From Salpingoeca rosetta (lineage: Eukaryota; Protista; Choanoflagellata): a stretch of DNA of 64,000 nucleotides. A program made the position numbers and the translations under genes. Positions 61,841-64,000 of the stretch are shown here, piece by piece. Numbering within the stretch: the stretch's first letter is position 1; each line of letters starts with the position of its first letter. Location of the stretch: contig JAWQFM010000001.1 of NCBI GenBank assembly GCA_033442325.1, forward strand, positions 203,376 to 267,375, read 5' to 3'. A model generated the notes under the pieces. The model saw only the letters and a program-made list of their open reading frames with translations. It had not been told where the DNA came from and did no database searches.

Positions 61841-62263
61841 GCACATCACACACACACACACACAATGTGCCTCACCAAACGCAGTCTTGATGTCCATGTG
61901 CCGGGCAATGGTGTTGCCATCGAGCTGCAGCTCCGACATGATTCGAAGGATGTCTCGCTCATACTTGGATCGCAGGCGCCGTGCCTTGAGGAGCCGATTG
62001 ATGGCGGTAATCTTGATCGCCTCAGCCTCCGGCAACGTGTGCCAGGACCCTTGCTCATCATCGTCTTTTTCTCCTCCTTCCTCTTGGTCGTCACCCTCCT
62101 CATCCTCCACCAGCGTCAACACGTCTGTCCCGCTCACTACCAGCTCCTCGTCACCTTCGCCTTCGTCTTCACTTGGCGACGAGCTTTCCTGCTCCTCCTC
62201 CTCCTCCTCGTCCAGGTCACCAACGCTCTCGTCATCCTCCATCACAAAACCGCCATCTTCCAT
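59748..62263 (-). CDS. App1/DUF2183-like HAD phosphatidate phosphatase with an acidic N-terminus (start may lie further upstream)
   Basis: Splicing creates VLSDID|DTF (DxDxT). Also AFVTARP, STKVRN and [19 protein letters not shown]. Confidence 0.72.
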
Positions 62264-62330
62264 GGTGATTGTGTGTGCGAAATGCGCTTGTGCCAGTCCT
62301 TCCAGTGAAAGATGGACCTATCCCATGCAC

Positions 62331-62390
<60 letters not shown>

Positions 62391-63337
62391 TGTGTGTTTG
62401 CGTCGCCTTCCAGTCTCTCCACTCCCCCCCCCGACTCCTCGTCTCGCGCACGACTTGGCGAATCCATGATCGCGTGTATGGACTGGACTGGACTGGACTG
62501 GACTGGACTGATGCAAGGGCACGCATGCCTCACACACACACATACAACCAGACAAGCAAGCAAAGAAGCAGGCACAAGCAAGCAGGCAACTACAAGCGAG
62601 CGAAGGAACATGTGCATACGCACACGCACGAGCGTGTGAAGCAGCACAGCAACGACGACAACGACGACAACGACGACAACACAACAACAGAGGGACGTGG
62701 AAGCAGGAGAAGACGACGACGATGACAAGGGAAGGTGCAGAGCACGGCCGGTACCCACATAAGGATAACAGCGGGGAGAGAGAGAGAAACAACATCGCAC
62801 AAAGAGAGGACAGCCAGCGCTCATTGCACACACACACACACACATCAAGCAAGGTGTGGAAAACAAGGAAGGGGCAGCAGAGATATGAATGGCACGCTAC
62901 AAAAAGACAACAAGGTCAAGCCATCATCATCATCATCATCATCATCACTGAACGCCAGCACCGTGTCTGTGTCAGTAACACGAAAGGGAGGCCGGCCAAC
63001 AAGACACACGATGGCGACCAGAAGAACAGGTGGGAAGCGGAAAAGCACAAAAGAGTCAAATAGGTGACAAGCGACACAGGCAGGGGAGTGGGGAGGGGGG
63101 AAGTTGAACTTGACTTTCTGATGTGTGACGGGACAACAACGTAACATAAAACAAAAAGGCAAAACGGAAGGAGACTATTGGTGGCTCCTGTCGAGAATGG
63201 AAGAAGAAACTGGCAGTGCGTGAAGCAGGCAGGCAGGCAGGCAGGCAACCAACCGGCCTACCAGCTGACCAGCCAACTCGACCGACAAACCAACAAAGAT
63301 ATTGGACAGAGAGGGATGTGGCTGTGGTGGTGAGTGA

Positions 63338-64000
63338 TTACTTGCGCAAGCAGAGCTTCTTGCCCGACGGCCCCGTGGTCACGGGATGGGAGCAGTAATA
63401 ATCAATCAGCTCAGGTAAGCTCTCAAACTTCTGCTTGACAAACAACTTGTACAGCGTGCGGTTGTCGCTGGTGATGCTGGGCGTCACGAGACCGTTCCAA
63501 ATCTTGTTGTTCTCAGACACCATTGCAATGGCATAGCATCTGCACGCGCGCAAGAGCACCGAGAACAACAACACAAAGCAGGTGTGGGTAAGAAGAAGAG
63601 GGCGTCGGGGAGTGGAGAAGAGCATGTGAGAGGACTGCCACATGAATACCACAAGCACAGAAACGCAGAAAGATACAGCCACGAGCACACACGCACAAAC
63701 ACAAACACAAGCACAAGCACAAGAAGACAAGCACAAGAAGACCCGCACGAAGGCAGGCACACAACCACCACCACCACCACCACCACCATCATCATCGCCA
63801 CGCACGTACCCTGGCTGACTGGAGGACTCGCGGACAAAGAAGGTGCCGACGGGCTTCCCGCGGAGGTTCCTGGCTGCCTCCTCACGTGGGAGATCGGGGC
63901 GGTACCACGCATAGTCAAACAGCGCCGGGCGACGCACAAGCGGGTCCTCCACAACCTTGGCAGAGCCCTGCTCGCCGCCAAAGTAGCCGTCGTTGAGGAA
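63338..64000 (-). CDS. 3' end of a protein with a C-terminal SH2 domain (runs off the window)
   Basis: WYRPDLPREEAARNLRGKPVGTFFVRESSSQPG|CYAIAM..KFESLPELIDYY..LCLRK*. Intron at about 63540-63808. Confidence 0.9.
   Translation of the reverse strand, partial: FLNDGYFGGEQGSAKVVEDPLVRRPALFDYAWYRPDLPREEAARNLRGKPVGTFFVRESSSQPGYVRGDDDGGGGGGGGCVPAFVRVFLCLSSCACACVCVCACVLVAVSFCVSVLVVFMWQSSHMLFSTPRRPLLLTHTCFVLLFSVLLRACRCYAIAMVSENNKIWNGLVTPSITSDNRTLYKLFVKQKFESLPELIDYYCSHPVTTGPSGKKLCLRK

Overview
This is eukaryotic genomic DNA from a gene-dense, intron-rich genome. Its introns are packed with (GT)n/(CA)n, (CT)n and (CAA)n microsatellites, and there are five N-gaps. The gene set and intron style point to a choanoflagellate, probably Salpingoeca rosetta or a close relative (inference). 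The supplied ORF track is mostly microsatellite noise, so I rebuilt genes by joining phase-compatible GT-AG exons by hand. About 16 genes were found, in order: 3' end of an unknown Q-rich gene; rhodanese-type MAPK phosphatase; fungal-type homoaconitase LYS4 (-); ALDH6A1 (+); thymidylate synthase (-); divergent PEX3-like (+); POLD4 (-); a large prominin with an N-terminal metal-ligand-less Cu/Zn-SOD-fold domain (+), which has two orphan SGSM3-like TBC exons inside it; Tip60/KAT5 (-); RPS3A (-); NuSAP-like (+); PH-ArfGAP (+); chromo-PHD protein (+); stand-alone LARGE-type GT49 (-); App1-like phosphatase (-); and the 3' end of an SH2 protein (-). The main points of interest are (1) two paralogous, covarying hairpin-H-hairpin-ACA RNAs in consecutive ALDH6A1 introns, (2) the pseudo-SOD-prominin fusion, (3) polar GT-then-CA intron repeats beside acceptors that lack pyrimidine tracts, and (4) E2F/CHR-like and TCT/TOP-like motifs in short bidirectional promoters. 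All homology calls come from recalled motifs, not from database searches.
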